DNA of 31,935 nt from an uncultured Gammaproteobacteria bacterium (GTDB taxonomy: Bacteria; Pseudomonadota; Gammaproteobacteria; UBA6002). Shown here in pieces: positions 1 through 11,982 of this stretch. The notes beneath the pieces are model-generated. The model was given only the letters and a program-made list of their open reading frames with translations. It had not been told where the DNA came from and ran no database searches. The stretch covers positions 1-31,935 of the forward strand of contig CAVPKM010000012.1 in assembly GCA_963705725.1 (NCBI GenBank), in the 5' to 3' direction. The translations under genes and the position numbers were made by a program. The stretch's first letter is position 1. The number at the start of each line of letters is the position of its first letter.

Positions 1-294
1 AGGAAGTAGCGCAGCGAGAACTGGTAAGAAGTGGTTGAGGTAGTGCAGCTGCTCCAGCACGGCGAAGACGGCGCTGCAGGTGCGGGCCACGACCTGGTAC
101 TGCAGCGTCACGCGCTCCACGTCGGCCATGACGCCCTCGGTGCCGGCCATCTTGGCCGAGATGTCGGCGGCCTCGCGCTTGAGCGTTCTCCAGCGTCTCG
201 ATGACCTTGTCGTCGTCGAGGATGTTGCCGCGCGACTCGTTGAGCGCCTGCAGCAGCCGCTTCTCCAGCTGGCGCAGGTGCACCTTGAACTCGC
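1..294 (-). other. Foreign fragment of eukaryotic (fungal-type) cytoplasmic dynein heavy chain; probable chimeric read end
   Basis: Manual minus-strand translation across two single-base frameshifts gives [96 protein letters not shown], which I recognise as ascomycete-like dynein heavy chain. Very GC-rich, with an abrupt switch to AT-rich DNA at ~295. Confidence 0.9.
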
Positions 295-3200
295 TGATGG
301 ATAATCTTTACTTGCACTAAGCAAAAGATTTTTTATATTGAGCAGGGTTCCAATGATTAATTCTTTTTTCTTATTCACCTGGTTTAAAAAACTAACAAAC
401 CAAGCAGCCAATACATCGCAAAAAAGATAAATTTGACTATGATGCTTTAGCTCTAGATATAAATTTTTAAATTTCGCAATGAAAGTCATTTCCTCCTCAA
501 AGCCATAAGCCCAATTTATTAAGCCCATAATTGTATTAGCATATTTCTTTGCTCTTACCTCTTCTTCCTTAACCGTTTCACTCATTAAAATTGTTTTGAA
601 ATATAAAGTCGCGACTTGCCAATTATTTTGCATTAAATAGGTCATTCCGAAATAAAAGAGCAAAATTTTATCCGTAGGATCTTTTTGGTAAGCCTGTTGA
701 TAGTCTGAAACTGCTGAAAAAAAATCACGATGCTGCTGGTTAACAAGACCGCGGCTCATATAATAAACACTGACAAAAGGATTGCGCTCAATTGATCTGT
801 TACAGTCATTTAATGACTTAGCCAATAACCCCAGGTGTTTTCTTGCCATGGCTCGATTATAAAAATAATTATCTGATTTTGAATCAAGCGTTATTGCATC
901 GGTATAATCACCTTCTGCTTGCAAATATTCGCCTTGCTGAAAAGCAGCATTTCCTCTTTTATTAAACGCACCTGAATAATATTTATTATTTGAAACTTTT
1001 GCTCTCGTTCCTTGAACACTTAAATACAATAATTTAGGCGCAGTTTTAATCATTACCTCAGTCAATTCATCATTATCTTTTAATGAAAAACTTTCCAGCA
1101 ATGGCAATTCCGCCTTCCAATCTAACCGTTCAAGCCAAAAATTATTTTCACAAATTAGATTTTTTAATTTCTTACTTGATTGACTCAGATATACGAAAAC
1201 TTCAGCACTGAGATGCGGACAGGTGGAAATATCAAGATAACTCAGATTAGGAGAATTTCGTAACAACATTTTAAGCTCATGATTTTTAATCATGAGACAA
1301 TCTCTTAAATTAATTTTAAGCAGTTGTTTACCTTGCAGTAAAATTTGAATAAGATCATGTTGCCTTTTGTAATTATCCTTTAGCTCCCTACCACACCAAT
1401 TAATTTTTTCAGAAAATTCTGGATATATCGTCAACAATCTTTCACCTAGCTGCTGATAATGCATTTTACTGCCATGAATAAATTGATATGTCGCAGTAGA
1501 GAGCCATTCGCCTCGTTGATTATTTCGATAAAAAGGTTGAAACAAAGTATAATAATTTTGTCCCTGATTTAGACCCGCATAAAATTGCCCAATTTCTGGA
1601 TCTACTTTTTGAAGCAGTTCCTGATACGTAAGAAGAGAATTTTTTGATCTCAAGCAATGCGCGATTAGCTCTAATTTTAGTGGTATCAATGTAAACATCA
1701 TTCGATCTAATTGAATTTGTTTGAATTCATTATTTTGCCTGGTGCACCCCACTAAATTCAAACAAGCATCTACACAGTTATCGAAGGTTAACATTGCATG
1801 CGACCAGTTCTCGGTTAACCGCGATATATCAATTTGTTGGCAGTGCTCATAAATTTCGGGTTCAATCATTTTTCGAAAATCTGGCAAAAAATATAAAATA
1901 GTTTTCAGGATGATTCTATTTTCCTTTTGAGAAAACCATTTATTTCCGCTAACCATTACAATGGGGTTGACAAGAATACGCTTATTATCAACACTCAATA
2001 ACTTTCCAGGCCTATGGGGTGAGGATTTTTCTATTAAAAAATTCGCCGGCTGCCCATCCTCTGGATAAACCAACAAGCTCATAATAAATAGGGGTCCATA
2101 TCCGACGTATGTTTCTCTTTTTGAAGGTAAAATGAATTCTAACCTTTGATTATTTTCGATAGATAAAATTCGACGTGAAATCCAACCATAATAAATAATT
2201 TGACGATTAGCAGCGTGATATTGTAATTTAATCGCACAGCCTGAAGGGGTGGCCTGCCAGTTTAACAAACGAAATAAACTACCACATGCCTGCTCACGCG
2301 CCAACAACACTCTCAGACCTTCTTCTTGTTCTGTTAATGTCGCATCGGGCAAAATAATTTTTACACAATACTCATTGACCATTACTACTGCAGAATTCCT
2401 GTCATGTGAAACTGACCTAATGCATCCTTCCGGTGTAAATAATTCATTAACCCACTCTGATGGAAAATAAAAAGATTGATCAATGACACTTTCATCTAGT
2501 AAGACGCAATTACAATGACTTTTTTGTGAACTCAGAAACTGACTTAACTGTTGCAACCAAATTTTATGAGAATACTCTGCCTGACCTTTTTCAAATAGTA
2601 CGGGAAGGTTAGCGTAACATAAAGTTAACAATGGAATAATTTCATTATGCAAAATGGCTGCTGTCGTAAAAAAACGATCATTTTCATTGTCAAAAAATAA
2701 TAATTTTAATTTTTCAAGGCCAGCTTGCCATGCATTCAATAAGAATAACTCAAATATATTTTTTTCATAGAAATGATTTAAAATATGGGAAGCAGATTGT
2801 GTTGGACCCATGTTGATGAAAAGCGCCAAATTCCAAAACCATCGATAACAAAATTTTTGAACATGAAATTTTTGATCATCACCACGCTCTAGCGAATGAT
2901 TTTTTTGAAAATTTAATGCATCTTCATTTAAAAGCATAATGCTTGCACATTGTTGCCAAGTCATCTTAGTTGTTTCTTTTTTTATTTTAAGTACATAAGA
3001 AGAACTAATTGACCGCGGACAAGTCTTTGACAGCAATGAAAATAAATTTTTTACATCTATTCCATTTGATTGCTTTTTTAATTGCATGACGACCTGTAAT
3101 AAATCATTCCGCCACTGATCATATTCCTTAACCAATGACAACTGATCGTAGATAAAAGAATTTATTTTAGATTGCCTGTTTGGCAAAGACGAATCACTGA

Positions 3201-5874
3201 TCGCTTTAATTAATTGCAGGAAATAAATAGATTTATTTGATAGTTCTATACTTTTTATATCTAACTGAATTTTTTTTAAAATATTTTTTCTCATTTCTTC
3301 AAGAAGGATATCATTACTCTCTAAATCAATTGGAAAAAACGCCTCACCCATCACATCCTCAATTGACTGCCTTAAAGAAATTGGACAAAAACTCCAAATT
3401 TCTTCATCTTCTTTAATCAATAATAAAATATTTTCCGCTGCTTTTTCTATATCGTTTTTTATACGATCTATTTTTTTTATTTCGTCTTTTAATTCAATTA
3501 CAGGCGGATAGAAACAATCAATTTCACTTGTGAAACGATAATAATATTTTGCTTGCGTGAGATTTTTTTCAATTAGCTGCTTTGCAAAGACTACAACCCA
3601 ATTGATAAATAATGGGTTAGCACGTGGAATATGGAGTTTTAATTGAGAAGGATTCAAATAAAAAAACTGCACAAAACAATGTAAAATTTGATTTTTAAAG
3701 AGTTTGAACAGCTTAGCTTCATTTCGATTAAGTTCAAAATCTGATTGAAATGGTTTCATGCCAATAAAATAAAGATACTCATCTTCACTTTGATAATTAA
3801 ATTGCGCCTTACAACGAAGGTAAAGAAAAAAATTTAACCACAACCGAATAACTTCTGAAAATTTTTCGTCAATTATTCCACTTTTATTTAAATATTTTAT
3901 TTTTTCTTCGTTTTTGCATAAAATCTCAAACTGATCAAGCCCATTTTCCGATTCATTTTCAAATGATTTCTCTAAATTATTTGAAAGATAAAACCCTCCA
4001 ATAAAGGCATTGATCACAATTAAGTAATCTTTAGCTCTTAGCGAAAAAATTTGCATTCCTGATACTTTTTTTAAAAGAGATAACTTCTTGTTTTTTTCAG
4101 AGCTAGCAATTTCCAAGCCAAACTCAATTATCCTTTTTCCGAGCGCATAATGCATCTTGGTTTCAGGCTTTAATCGCTGCCCTTTAATCAACTGCAAGTA
4201 TAAATGCTGCTTAAATTTTTTCTCGAGTATTTCGCTATTTTCACTACCAAATAAATAGCGCGCGCTTTGCAAATTATTTACGAGACAAGTATCCCCTAAG
4301 CAATTTTTTTCTGTAACTAATCCAGAAATTTCTTCTATTGTTCCAAATAATTCTTCTCGGCTGACACGACCTCCAAACGGAATATTGCCTCCATCATCTA
4401 AACGCAATCCTTTGATAATAGGAAAATATTGAAGACTTGTACTGCCTTCTGGCTTTTGGTTTTCAGGAAAATAAATTTCTTCTATATCTAGCGGAGACTC
4501 GCCAAGCGCCACTATAGAAAGAAAGTAGCATTGCAGGACTGCAGCCATCAACCGTCTAGCCTCTGTTGAACTTGATTTTCGATCATCTAACACAAAAAAA
4601 TATTCTATATCAGAATAGGGACAAGCTTCTTTCCTGGCAATTGAACCCATAGCGAAAAGTGCGTAAACATAATCCAATTTCCCATATAATAAGGCTAAGC
4701 TGCTATCAAAAGATTTTTTCAAAAAACTTGCTAAATTATCAGTAAATTTTATTTGGATTTTTTCAATCTGGTCCCATGATATTTTTTTTAATTCCTGTGA
4801 AAGCTGTTCACGACAGGCCCGCAATTCAGCGCGGTATTTTTTCCATTCAAATAAATCTATTTTATCGACATCTGAAAAATTGAAATTTTCCACTACTCCC
4901 TGTTCAAAATTTACCATTTGACCAAGTTTAACCAATAGATCTAAAGCAAATTCTTTTACTTCCTCAATTTTATATTTTATGAGTTGTTTGATTATAAATT
5001 CAAAAACCAATCGCGCTTCATATATAATCCATCGAACTTTATGCAGTTGATTATTCTCTGCTTTAAAACAAAGACTCGCATGATGCAGCAACCACTCTGC
5101 TACATTTTTTAAATACACTAATTGGTATAAACGTTGTTCATCTGTTTTCTGATTTAAATGATAGAGCAACGAGCAATAACCTTCCTCATTATCACGAAGA
5201 GTAAGTGTAATTAAATACGCAAAGGCAATATTAATTAATTGTTCAAAATTTTTCTTGACTGGTTCATCATGATTAATTTCCGCCAGTTGTATCCCAACAG
5301 AAGCAAACACCACTGCCCTTGCTAAAAAACTTACTCGTGTATTTAAAGATTGCTGCTCAGGATAGAGCAAATGAATATCGATTAATGATCTTAGCGTGGT
5401 TATTTTTTCAATATATTGTTCATCCACAGAAATAAGTGTATGCACTTTGCGTAATATCTCACGAAGCGAAGCTGCCTGCTCGTGAAAGTTTTGTGAGGAC
5501 CCAAGTGGATGAATTGGAGCTAATTCAGCAAGAGGTATTCCTCCTATTATTTTTTCTACCGCCTCTCGTTGACATCGCGCCAATTGACTTAAGAAAACAT
5601 GATGTTGATACTTTGATAACACTCGTTCTATTTTGTCATAACAACTGTTTAACGCTATCAAATGATGGCCAGCTATTAAACTTGGCACGAGAGCTTCGTG
5701 CAAAGACTTGAAAAGTTTATTTGCTTCTTCTAATTTTAAATTTTCAAAATGACTGTAATAAATCAAATATTCGTAAAGAACATTCAGATGGTTAGCAGGC
5801 ACACCCTGCTCTTTAGCTACGTGGAATTGATGTAATAATTGATCGAAGTCACTTAATAAAACACATTCTAGCAT
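295..5874 (-). CDS. Large multidomain protein, >=1860 aa, 3'-truncated: DUF294-like nucleotidyltransferase + atypical kinase-like + LRR + TPR; candidate secreted effector
   Basis: ATG at 5874 ([10 protein letters not shown]...) after GGAAAGGGA. I read the frame by hand and found no stop down to the window edge, which explains its absence from the ORF track. Motifs: [15 protein letters not shown] (4603-4647), [24 protein letters not shown] (2041-2064), SVDN, LRR-like [15 protein letters not shown]-like [29 protein letters not shown]. Confidence 0.88.
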
Positions 5875-5884
5875 TCCCTTTCCA

Positions 5885-7075
5885 TTATATATCCATAGCT
5901 TGATAAACAAATTGGTTTTTAATTAGTCTTTGAGTATTGATCCAGCTTAACCCTAAATTACGCAAAGATATCATCGATTGAGTTTTACTTTCAAATAGAC
6001 GCTTAAAGCATTCTACTCCTAGGGTCATTAACCAATTCTGTCCTTTTCGATTACGCTCATATCGTCGCAACCCTAAATAATCACCACAATCTTGCCCTGT
6101 TTGATGCGCATGAATAATCTCCCTTGCCAACATCCAAGCATCCGCCAAACCTAAATTTACTCCAAGACCTGCCAATGGATGAATGGTGTGCGCTGCATCT
6201 CCAATCAACGCAATACGTGGCTTAACGTAATTTTTAGCATGACGCATGACAAGCGGAAATGTCTTATGATAATCAATTTTCTGAATATTTCCAAAGCGCC
6301 GCTCAAAAACATGTGTCAGTTCAAAGTTAAATGCATCACTATTTAAATTCGCTATGCGCCTGATCTCATCTGGACTAGAAGACCAAACAATCGAACCCAC
6401 ATGAGAATCAAAAAGCGGCAAGAGCGCAACCGGTCCTTCTGCTAAAAAACATTGCCATGCTGTTTTTTGATGGGGATATTCTAACTTTACTGTTGTAACT
6501 AAGGATTCATGGTGATAAGGCCATTCATAACAGGAGATACCGGTTTGTTTTCTTACCCAAGATTCTGCTCCATCTGCACCCACAATTAACTTGGCAGTGA
6601 TCTCATTTTTTCCCAGCTTCAATCCTATCGCTTTTGAATGCATAGAAAAACCAGTAGGCTCAGTTTTTTCACAAATTACAACTTGGTTATATTGTTTTAA
6701 TTTTTCTAATAACGCGTTTTGGATGACAGAATTTTCTAAAATACACCCCAGTCTACCTGCTCCGATTTCCGTGCAATCAAAATGAATTCTTCCACGACCC
6801 AAACTATCCCATACTGTCATCTTTTCATAAGAAGAAACCCGTTGTGTGGAGACAATCTTTTCCCACACCCCCAACTGCTTGAATAACTTCTCACTGGCAG
6901 CGTTGATTGCGCTGACTCTGAGCTGATAGCTGTCTTGGTTAAGCTCTATGTGCTTGATTTCACGAGCTTCAATAATGGCTATTTTTAAATCTGCCTCTGC
7001 TAGCAAACAAGCTAATGCTAAGCCCACCAACCCAGTGCCGACAATAGCAACATCTACATCTATCGATTTTTTCAT
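5885..7075 (-). CDS. ubiI: FAD-dependent 2-octaprenylphenol hydroxylase, UbiI/VisC family
   Basis: GTGLVG Rossmann motif, [34 protein letters not shown]; lies downstream of ubiH with a 1-nt TAATG overlap. Confidence 0.88.
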   Translation of the reverse strand: MKKSIDVDVAIVGTGLVGLALACLLAEADLKIAIIEAREIKHIELNQDSYQLRVSAINAASEKLFKQLGVWEKIVSTQRVSSYEKMTVWDSLGRGRIHFDCTEIGAGRLGCILENSVIQNALLEKLKQYNQVVICEKTEPTGFSMHSKAIGLKLGKNEITAKLIVGADGAESWVRKQTGISCYEWPYHHESLVTTVKLEYPHQKTAWQCFLAEGPVALLPLFDSHVGSIVWSSSPDEIRRIANLNSDAFNFELTHVFERRFGNIQKIDYHKTFPLVMRHAKNYVKPRIALIGDAAHTIHPLAGLGVNLGLADAWMLAREIIHAHQTGQDCGDYLGLRRYERNRKGQNWLMTLGVECFKRLFESKTQSMISLRNLGLSWINTQRLIKNQFVYQAMDI

Positions 7076-8292
7076 TATGATTCATCTACCGATAATCCAC
7101 AAACCAACCGCGGAACTTTCCCACTTAAACCCAAGGTGCGTTTTGTCAAACTTCTTTTTAGACATTTTACTCTATCTAAAGCAACCATCCCCACGCTCCT
7201 TGCAGCAACAACTGGCAGTAAACTATTTGAAAATACACCCACTAAAATATTTGTTAGATTTATGATTTGCTTTTGATCAACTTCTCGTCTTTGAAAATAG
7301 GCTTGAAGTAATGCTAGCTCTCCAATATCTCTTTTATCAGCTAAGGCCTCTATTAATATTTCAGCGAGCACAGCCAGATCTCTAAAAGCTAAATTCAAAC
7401 CCTGCCCACCAACTGGATGTAATGTGTGTACAGCATTTCCTAATAAAACGACACGGGGAAAAATTTGCTGCCAAGTACTTATAGAATAGAGCTTAGATGA
7501 ATCTGGCATCGTGCAATCAACAAACTTCCCCAGTCGATATCCAAAACAATTTTGTAGTGCTTTTAAAAAACTTGCCTTGTCCCATTTCATTAATTCGCTT
7601 GCGTGCTTGTGATTAACGGTCCAGACAACGGCTGCTCGCTGTTCACGTAGCGGCAAAAAGGCTAGTGGACCTTCAGGGGTAAACCGCTCATAAGCAACAT
7701 TTTGATGAGGACGCTTTAGCATCACTTCACAAGTAATAGCGGTTTGCTCGTAGTCAATTTTCTTGCTTTTTATATTAAGGTGCTTTCGAACACTTGAATG
7801 CTGACCATCCGCAGCAATTACTAATTTACTAGCGATTTGCAAGGTGTGCTGTTCATCCTTTGCATAAACAATGACGCGATCTTCTTGATATTCTAATGAA
7901 TCAAAAATGGCTGGCTGATACAGATCAATCGTTGATATTTTTTTCACGCGCGCTTGAATTGCTCTCTCTAAAGTCGCAGCCGACAGCACATAACCGAGAT
8001 AAGGGACGCCTTCTTCACTGGCCGAAATTTTGGTGACGCCAAAATTACCCTGATCTGAAACATGGATAAAACGAATCGGCTCGACAAGATCATCTAGTTG
8101 ATCCCAAACTTGCACGCCATTCTCAAGTACCGCTTGACTACTATGCGATAAAACGATTGGTCGTTCACGATGGTCTTTTGCTACTTTCGCCGCTTCAAGC
8201 AGGGCGATTTCTAACCCAGCATTGGCAAATAGTGACGCGATGCTACCGCCGACAATGCCACCGCCCACAATGATTACATCATAGTTTTTCAT
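7075..8292 (-). CDS. ubiH: 2-octaprenyl-6-methoxyphenol hydroxylase
   Basis: GGGIVG, HVSDQGNFG, AYERFTPEGPLAFLP, GNAVHTLHPVGGQGLNL; conserved pepP-ubiH-ubiI order. Confidence 0.92.
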   Translation of the reverse strand: MKNYDVIIVGGGIVGGSIASLFANAGLEIALLEAAKVAKDHRERPIVLSHSSQAVLENGVQVWDQLDDLVEPIRFIHVSDQGNFGVTKISASEEGVPYLGYVLSAATLERAIQARVKKISTIDLYQPAIFDSLEYQEDRVIVYAKDEQHTLQIASKLVIAADGQHSSVRKHLNIKSKKIDYEQTAITCEVMLKRPHQNVAYERFTPEGPLAFLPLREQRAAVVWTVNHKHASELMKWDKASFLKALQNCFGYRLGKFVDCTMPDSSKLYSISTWQQIFPRVVLLGNAVHTLHPVGGQGLNLAFRDLAVLAEILIEALADKRDIGELALLQAYFQRREVDQKQIINLTNILVGVFSNSLLPVVAARSVGMVALDRVKCLKRSLTKRTLGLSGKVPRLVCGLSVDES

Positions 8293-8323
8293 TTAACGAT
8301 GCTTAAGAAGCTAATAAATTACT

Positions 8324-9115
8324 TTAATTTGGTAAATCCTGATGATCTTCATGCTCAACAACTCGTTTAAAGCCTAGTTTATTATGTCGAAATTTTAAAT
8401 CATGATAGAGCACTAATGTCACAGCAATCATGATGGGATAAACCAAAACATGGAAAACAAACTCAAATATCGTAATAGCTACGATATTTTGATAGGAAAC
8501 AACATAGATTATTAAGAGCGAAAGTAACACTACTGGCAGAATATAAACTAAGAAAACACCAAAAGTTCGCCACCAATTTTTCCACACCAGCCTTGCACTA
8601 TACTCAAAACTTTTGAAGACAGGCATGCTATCTAGAATAACCGCTGGAATGGTAAATGCTAATAAGGTGAAAAGAAAGAGAAAGAAGGCTAACGTGAGCA
8701 AGGCCAATAATGAGGTGATGTGCAAGAGATTTCCTAAATATTGCATTCCAAAACCGAATAAAAAGAGAATAAATAACAACACCATGTAAAGTGCAAAAAC
8801 CCCAATAACGGGTATAAATCTTTTTTTGGCCAAATGCATCGCGTCTTTATTTGTTTCTGCCCGATTCATCAAGACACTGTCTCCACGGGCAAGAATCCAA
8901 GCATAGAAAAAGAAGTACAGAAGATTTGCCAAAATGGCGATAGATAATCCAATGGTTGTGTTTTGCGGCATAATCAAGGAAACCACCCCCTGAACAATGG
9001 CCGCTAACAACACAATACCAATAATAGGCTTAAAGATATGAATATAGGCTTTAGCCACTTCTCGAATAGCTTCTGAAAAGTTTAAAGGCCTTACAAAACG
9101 TTCAGTCATTTTCAC
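8324..9115 (-). CDS. Integral membrane protein, ~6 TM helices (YciC/UPF0259-like)
   Basis: Multiple hydrophobic stretches; KSFEYSARLVWKNWWRTFG and LYHDLKFR segments typical of this broad membrane family. Confidence 0.65.
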   Translation of the reverse strand: MKMTERFVRPLNFSEAIREVAKAYIHIFKPIIGIVLLAAIVQGVVSLIMPQNTTIGLSIAILANLLYFFFYAWILARGDSVLMNRAETNKDAMHLAKKRFIPVIGVFALYMVLLFILFLFGFGMQYLGNLLHITSLLALLTLAFFLFLFTLLAFTIPAVILDSMPVFKSFEYSARLVWKNWWRTFGVFLVYILPVVLLSLLIIYVVSYQNIVAITIFEFVFHVLVYPIMIAVTLVLYHDLKFRHNKLGFKRVVEHEDHQDLPN

Positions 9116-9174
9116 ATACCTGTATTTTCTTCTAATAGATTAATTTTAGCAGTCTTTGCGAATGAATTTTTATA

Positions 9175-10485
9175 TTACTTTTTCATTAGTTTTTCAATAT
9201 CATGTATTTCTTTAGGAACTGCTTCTGTCAACACCTCATAACCATTTTTGGTCACAAGTATATCATCTTCGATTCGAACCCCGATATCGTGCCATCTGGG
9301 CTCTAATTTATCACTTGCAGACAAATACAGACCGGGCTCAACAGTGAGCACCATTCCTTCTTCCAAACGCCGCCCTGCCTGGTTTGCTGCGCGGTAAGCC
9401 CCTACATCATGAACATCTAACCCTAACCAATGACCAATTGTATGCATATAATATTCGTCATAAGCTTTACTTTCGATAGCCTGCTGCAATGTGCCTGTTA
9501 ACATACCCAATTCAAGTAATCCCTTGGTCAATTCTTCAACTGCTATTTTTTGCAAAATATCCCAAAAGGCACCCGGTTTAATTGCAGATAATACAGCCCG
9601 CTGCGTTTTTAGCACTAATTCGTAAATAGTTTTTTGATCGGGTGTAAATTTACCATTTACTGGCAAGGTTCGCGTAATGTCAGCAGCATAATATTCGTAT
9701 TCTCCCCCCGCATCAATCAACACCAGATCCCCGTTTTTTAGTCGATCCTTATTCTCAACATAATGCAACGTACAGGCATTTTTGCCACTTCCAACAATCG
9801 TTGGATATGCCACATTGCTACAGCCTTTTGCTCTTATATCTGCATTAAAGCAAGCTTCAAGTTCATATTCATACAACCCTGGACGACAGAATTTCATTAA
9901 TTTTTCATGAGCTAAAGCAGAAATATTTGCCGCCTTCCTCATGCAGGATATTTCGTATTGGCTTTTAATTAAGCGGAATTCATTTGCAATGGTTGCAACG
10001 TCACAAAGTTCAACTGGATAACTTTCAAGTTTGCGATTTTTCAATCGGATGTCCGTAACTAAGGAGGTAACAAATTCATTCCAAAGCTTGTCTTTCCCTA
10101 AAGGATAAAACAAACTTTTCCTTCCGGATAAAAGTGCGACAAGCTCTGTCTTAATTAAGCTTATATCATAGGATTCATCTGCCTCATATTCTCGACATGC
10201 CCCCTCTTGCCCCACTCTTTTCCCAACCCAGCGTTCCATTTTTAAATCACGCGGTTGGTTAAATAAAATATACTCGCCCTGCTTCCTGCCTGGCAATAAA
10301 ACAGCTACTGCTTCAGGCTCATTAAAACCAGTGAAATAATAAAATTGGCTATCTTGTCGAAAAGGAAAGTGGACATCACCATTTCTTAAATATTCTCTAC
10401 CCGAAAAGAAAAGGGCCGCACTACCCTCACCAAGCTGCTGCATGAGTTTTTTTCTTCTCTCAGCGAACTCTTTCTGATTCATCAT
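9175..10485 (-). CDS. pepP: Xaa-Pro aminopeptidase P
   Basis: FRQDSQFYYFTGFNEP, LHY, LIDAGGEY..YAADITRT, HTIGHWLGLDVHD, TVEPGLY, GVRIEDD. Start placed at MMNQKEF (10485); the ORF track extends to 10518. Confidence 0.95.
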   Translation of the reverse strand: MMNQKEFAERRKKLMQQLGEGSAALFFSGREYLRNGDVHFPFRQDSQFYYFTGFNEPEAVAVLLPGRKQGEYILFNQPRDLKMERWVGKRVGQEGACREYEADESYDISLIKTELVALLSGRKSLFYPLGKDKLWNEFVTSLVTDIRLKNRKLESYPVELCDVATIANEFRLIKSQYEISCMRKAANISALAHEKLMKFCRPGLYEYELEACFNADIRAKGCSNVAYPTIVGSGKNACTLHYVENKDRLKNGDLVLIDAGGEYEYYAADITRTLPVNGKFTPDQKTIYELVLKTQRAVLSAIKPGAFWDILQKIAVEELTKGLLELGMLTGTLQQAIESKAYDEYYMHTIGHWLGLDVHDVGAYRAANQAGRRLEEGMVLTVEPGLYLSASDKLEPRWHDIGVRIEDDILVTKNGYEVLTEAVPKEIHDIEKLMKK

Positions 10486-10591
10486 TGAAGATATCCCGTA
10501 AAAAGAGAAGTTAATCATGAACTCATTGACCTAGATTTACAAGCAATCTATATTTCAGAAAGTAAAGAAAAATTTTATGTAGGCTTTCAGG

Positions 10592-10795
10592 ATGAAAAAC
10601 TCAAACATTACTAAACTTGAAATTCAAATCAATTCTTTAATTCAATCAAGAAACCGCTTAAACGATGAAAACAAGTCACTACGCCAAAAATTAATGAAAC
10701 TTACTCAAGAAAAAGCTGAATTATTGGATAAAAATACTCGCGCTATTACAAAAGTTAAGCGTGTTATTTCACAATTAAGAGATGAACTACAATGA
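10592..10795 (+). CDS. Short coiled-coil cell-division protein (TIGR02449/ZapB-like)
   Basis: 67-aa heptad-rich protein overlapping the zapA start (ATGA); pattern LE.QI..LI....RL..EN..LR. Confidence 0.75.
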   Translation: MKNSNITKLEIQINSLIQSRNRLNDENKSLRQKLMKLTQEKAELLDKNTRAITKVKRVISQLRDELQ

Positions 10796-11103
10796 GCGAG
10801 AATGCTGATACTGTTTCTATTAAATTACTTGGCAAAAATTATCAAGTTAAATGCCCCCTTGAAAAACTATCCGAATTACAGGAAGCCGCAAGTTATTTAA
10901 CTCAAAAAATGCATGAAGCATCCGAAAATAATAGGCTCATTATTTATGAAAAAATTTTCATGATCGCAGCCCTTAACATAACCGACGAATTAATTGCCCT
11001 GAAGAAACAGCTTAATAGCTACATTGATACCACAAACCAAGGCATTCAATATTTACAAAACAAAATTGACCGAGCTCTTTCTGAGCAAACGGAATTTTGC
11101 TAA
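10792..11103 (+). CDS. zapA: Cell division protein ZapA
   Basis: VSIKLLGKNYQVKCP..L.EAASYL..KM..MIAALNITDEL; lies upstream of 6S RNA and fau. Confidence 0.92.
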   Translation: MSENADTVSIKLLGKNYQVKCPLEKLSELQEAASYLTQKMHEASENNRLIIYEKIFMIAALNITDELIALKKQLNSYIDTTNQGIQYLQNKIDRALSEQTEFC

Positions 11104-11111
11104 AATTAACA

Positions 11112-11287
11112 TTCTCTGTGGTATTCGCAGTAGATGTAATTCTTGAACCGATATTTATCACATATAGAGGTTAATAAAATATCCTGGTGTGCATGTCTAG
11201 TCATACTAGAAAGCCTAATAGGATAGGTGAGACCTCTCCTTTTGAGCACTTGGGTTCAGAAGAAAACTACTGCGATACACACGGAGT
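11112..11287 (+). ncRNA. ssrS: 6S RNA
   Basis: Canonical position between zapA and fau. Terminal stem CTCTGTGGTATTCGCAGTAG / CTACTGCGATACACACGGAG; conserved CTTGAACC and GGGTTCA elements. Ends approximate. Confidence 0.88.
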
Positions 11288-11293
11288 TTAGGC

Positions 11294-11944
11294 ATGACCA
11301 TTACACAAGAAAGGCGCCAACTAAGAAACGCTTTAAAGCTAAAAAGAGCACAGCTAACCGCACAACAACAAAGACATGCTAGCAATCAAATATGTCATCG
11401 CTTACAAAGTTCAAATCTATTTCTTAATAGCCAACGCCTAGCTTTTTATCTCGCTTACAAGGGTGAGGTAACCACCGATTCGCTACTAACTCGAGCTCTT
11501 GATATGGGCAAGACTTGCTATTTACCTATCCTTCACCCCATCAAACACAACCAGATGCTATTTGGCCAATACAGGAAGGGAGATCGGTTAAATGAAAATT
11601 TTTTAGGCATTTTAGAACCGGATTTGACTACTACACAACTAATCAGTTCAAGAAGTTTAGACTTGATCATTACCCCTCTTGTCGCTTTTGATAATAAAGG
11701 AAATCGCCTTGGAATGGGCGCCGGATTTTATGACCGCACATTTGCCTTCAAAAAATTGAGCTCAAGAAGCAAGCCCCATTTAATTGGGTTAGCCTATCAG
11801 TTTCAACTTACCCCTAACATACAACCGGAATCATGGGATGTTGCTCTCACTGCCGTCTACACCGAACAGCATATTTATTCTTTTAAGGCAACTACTCGCC
11901 CCTCAACTAAGGTAAGAGAAGAGAAATCATCACTTCTTTGCTAA
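11294..11944 (+). CDS. fau: 5-formyltetrahydrofolate cyclo-ligase
   Basis: GILEP, LDLIITPLVAFDNKGNRLGMGAGFYDRTF, WDV; follows 6S RNA. Confidence 0.93.
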   Translation: MTITQERRQLRNALKLKRAQLTAQQQRHASNQICHRLQSSNLFLNSQRLAFYLAYKGEVTTDSLLTRALDMGKTCYLPILHPIKHNQMLFGQYRKGDRLNENFLGILEPDLTTTQLISSRSLDLIITPLVAFDNKGNRLGMGAGFYDRTFAFKKLSSRSKPHLIGLAYQFQLTPNIQPESWDVALTAVYTEQHIYSFKATTRPSTKVREEKSSLLC

Positions 11945-11982
11945 ACTGAAAAAAGGTAAAGGATTACATCAGGAAGAAAAGA

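Noticed and set aside
1-317. ORFs 80..304 and 108..317, and a dynein C-terminal extension of the giant ORF
   Set aside because: Off-frame or antisense readings of the dynein fragment; the read-through is a product of the chimeric junction.
2249-7265. Short plus-strand ORFs (2249, 5436, 6591, 6948)
   Set aside because: Antisense shadows of the giant ORF and the ubi genes.
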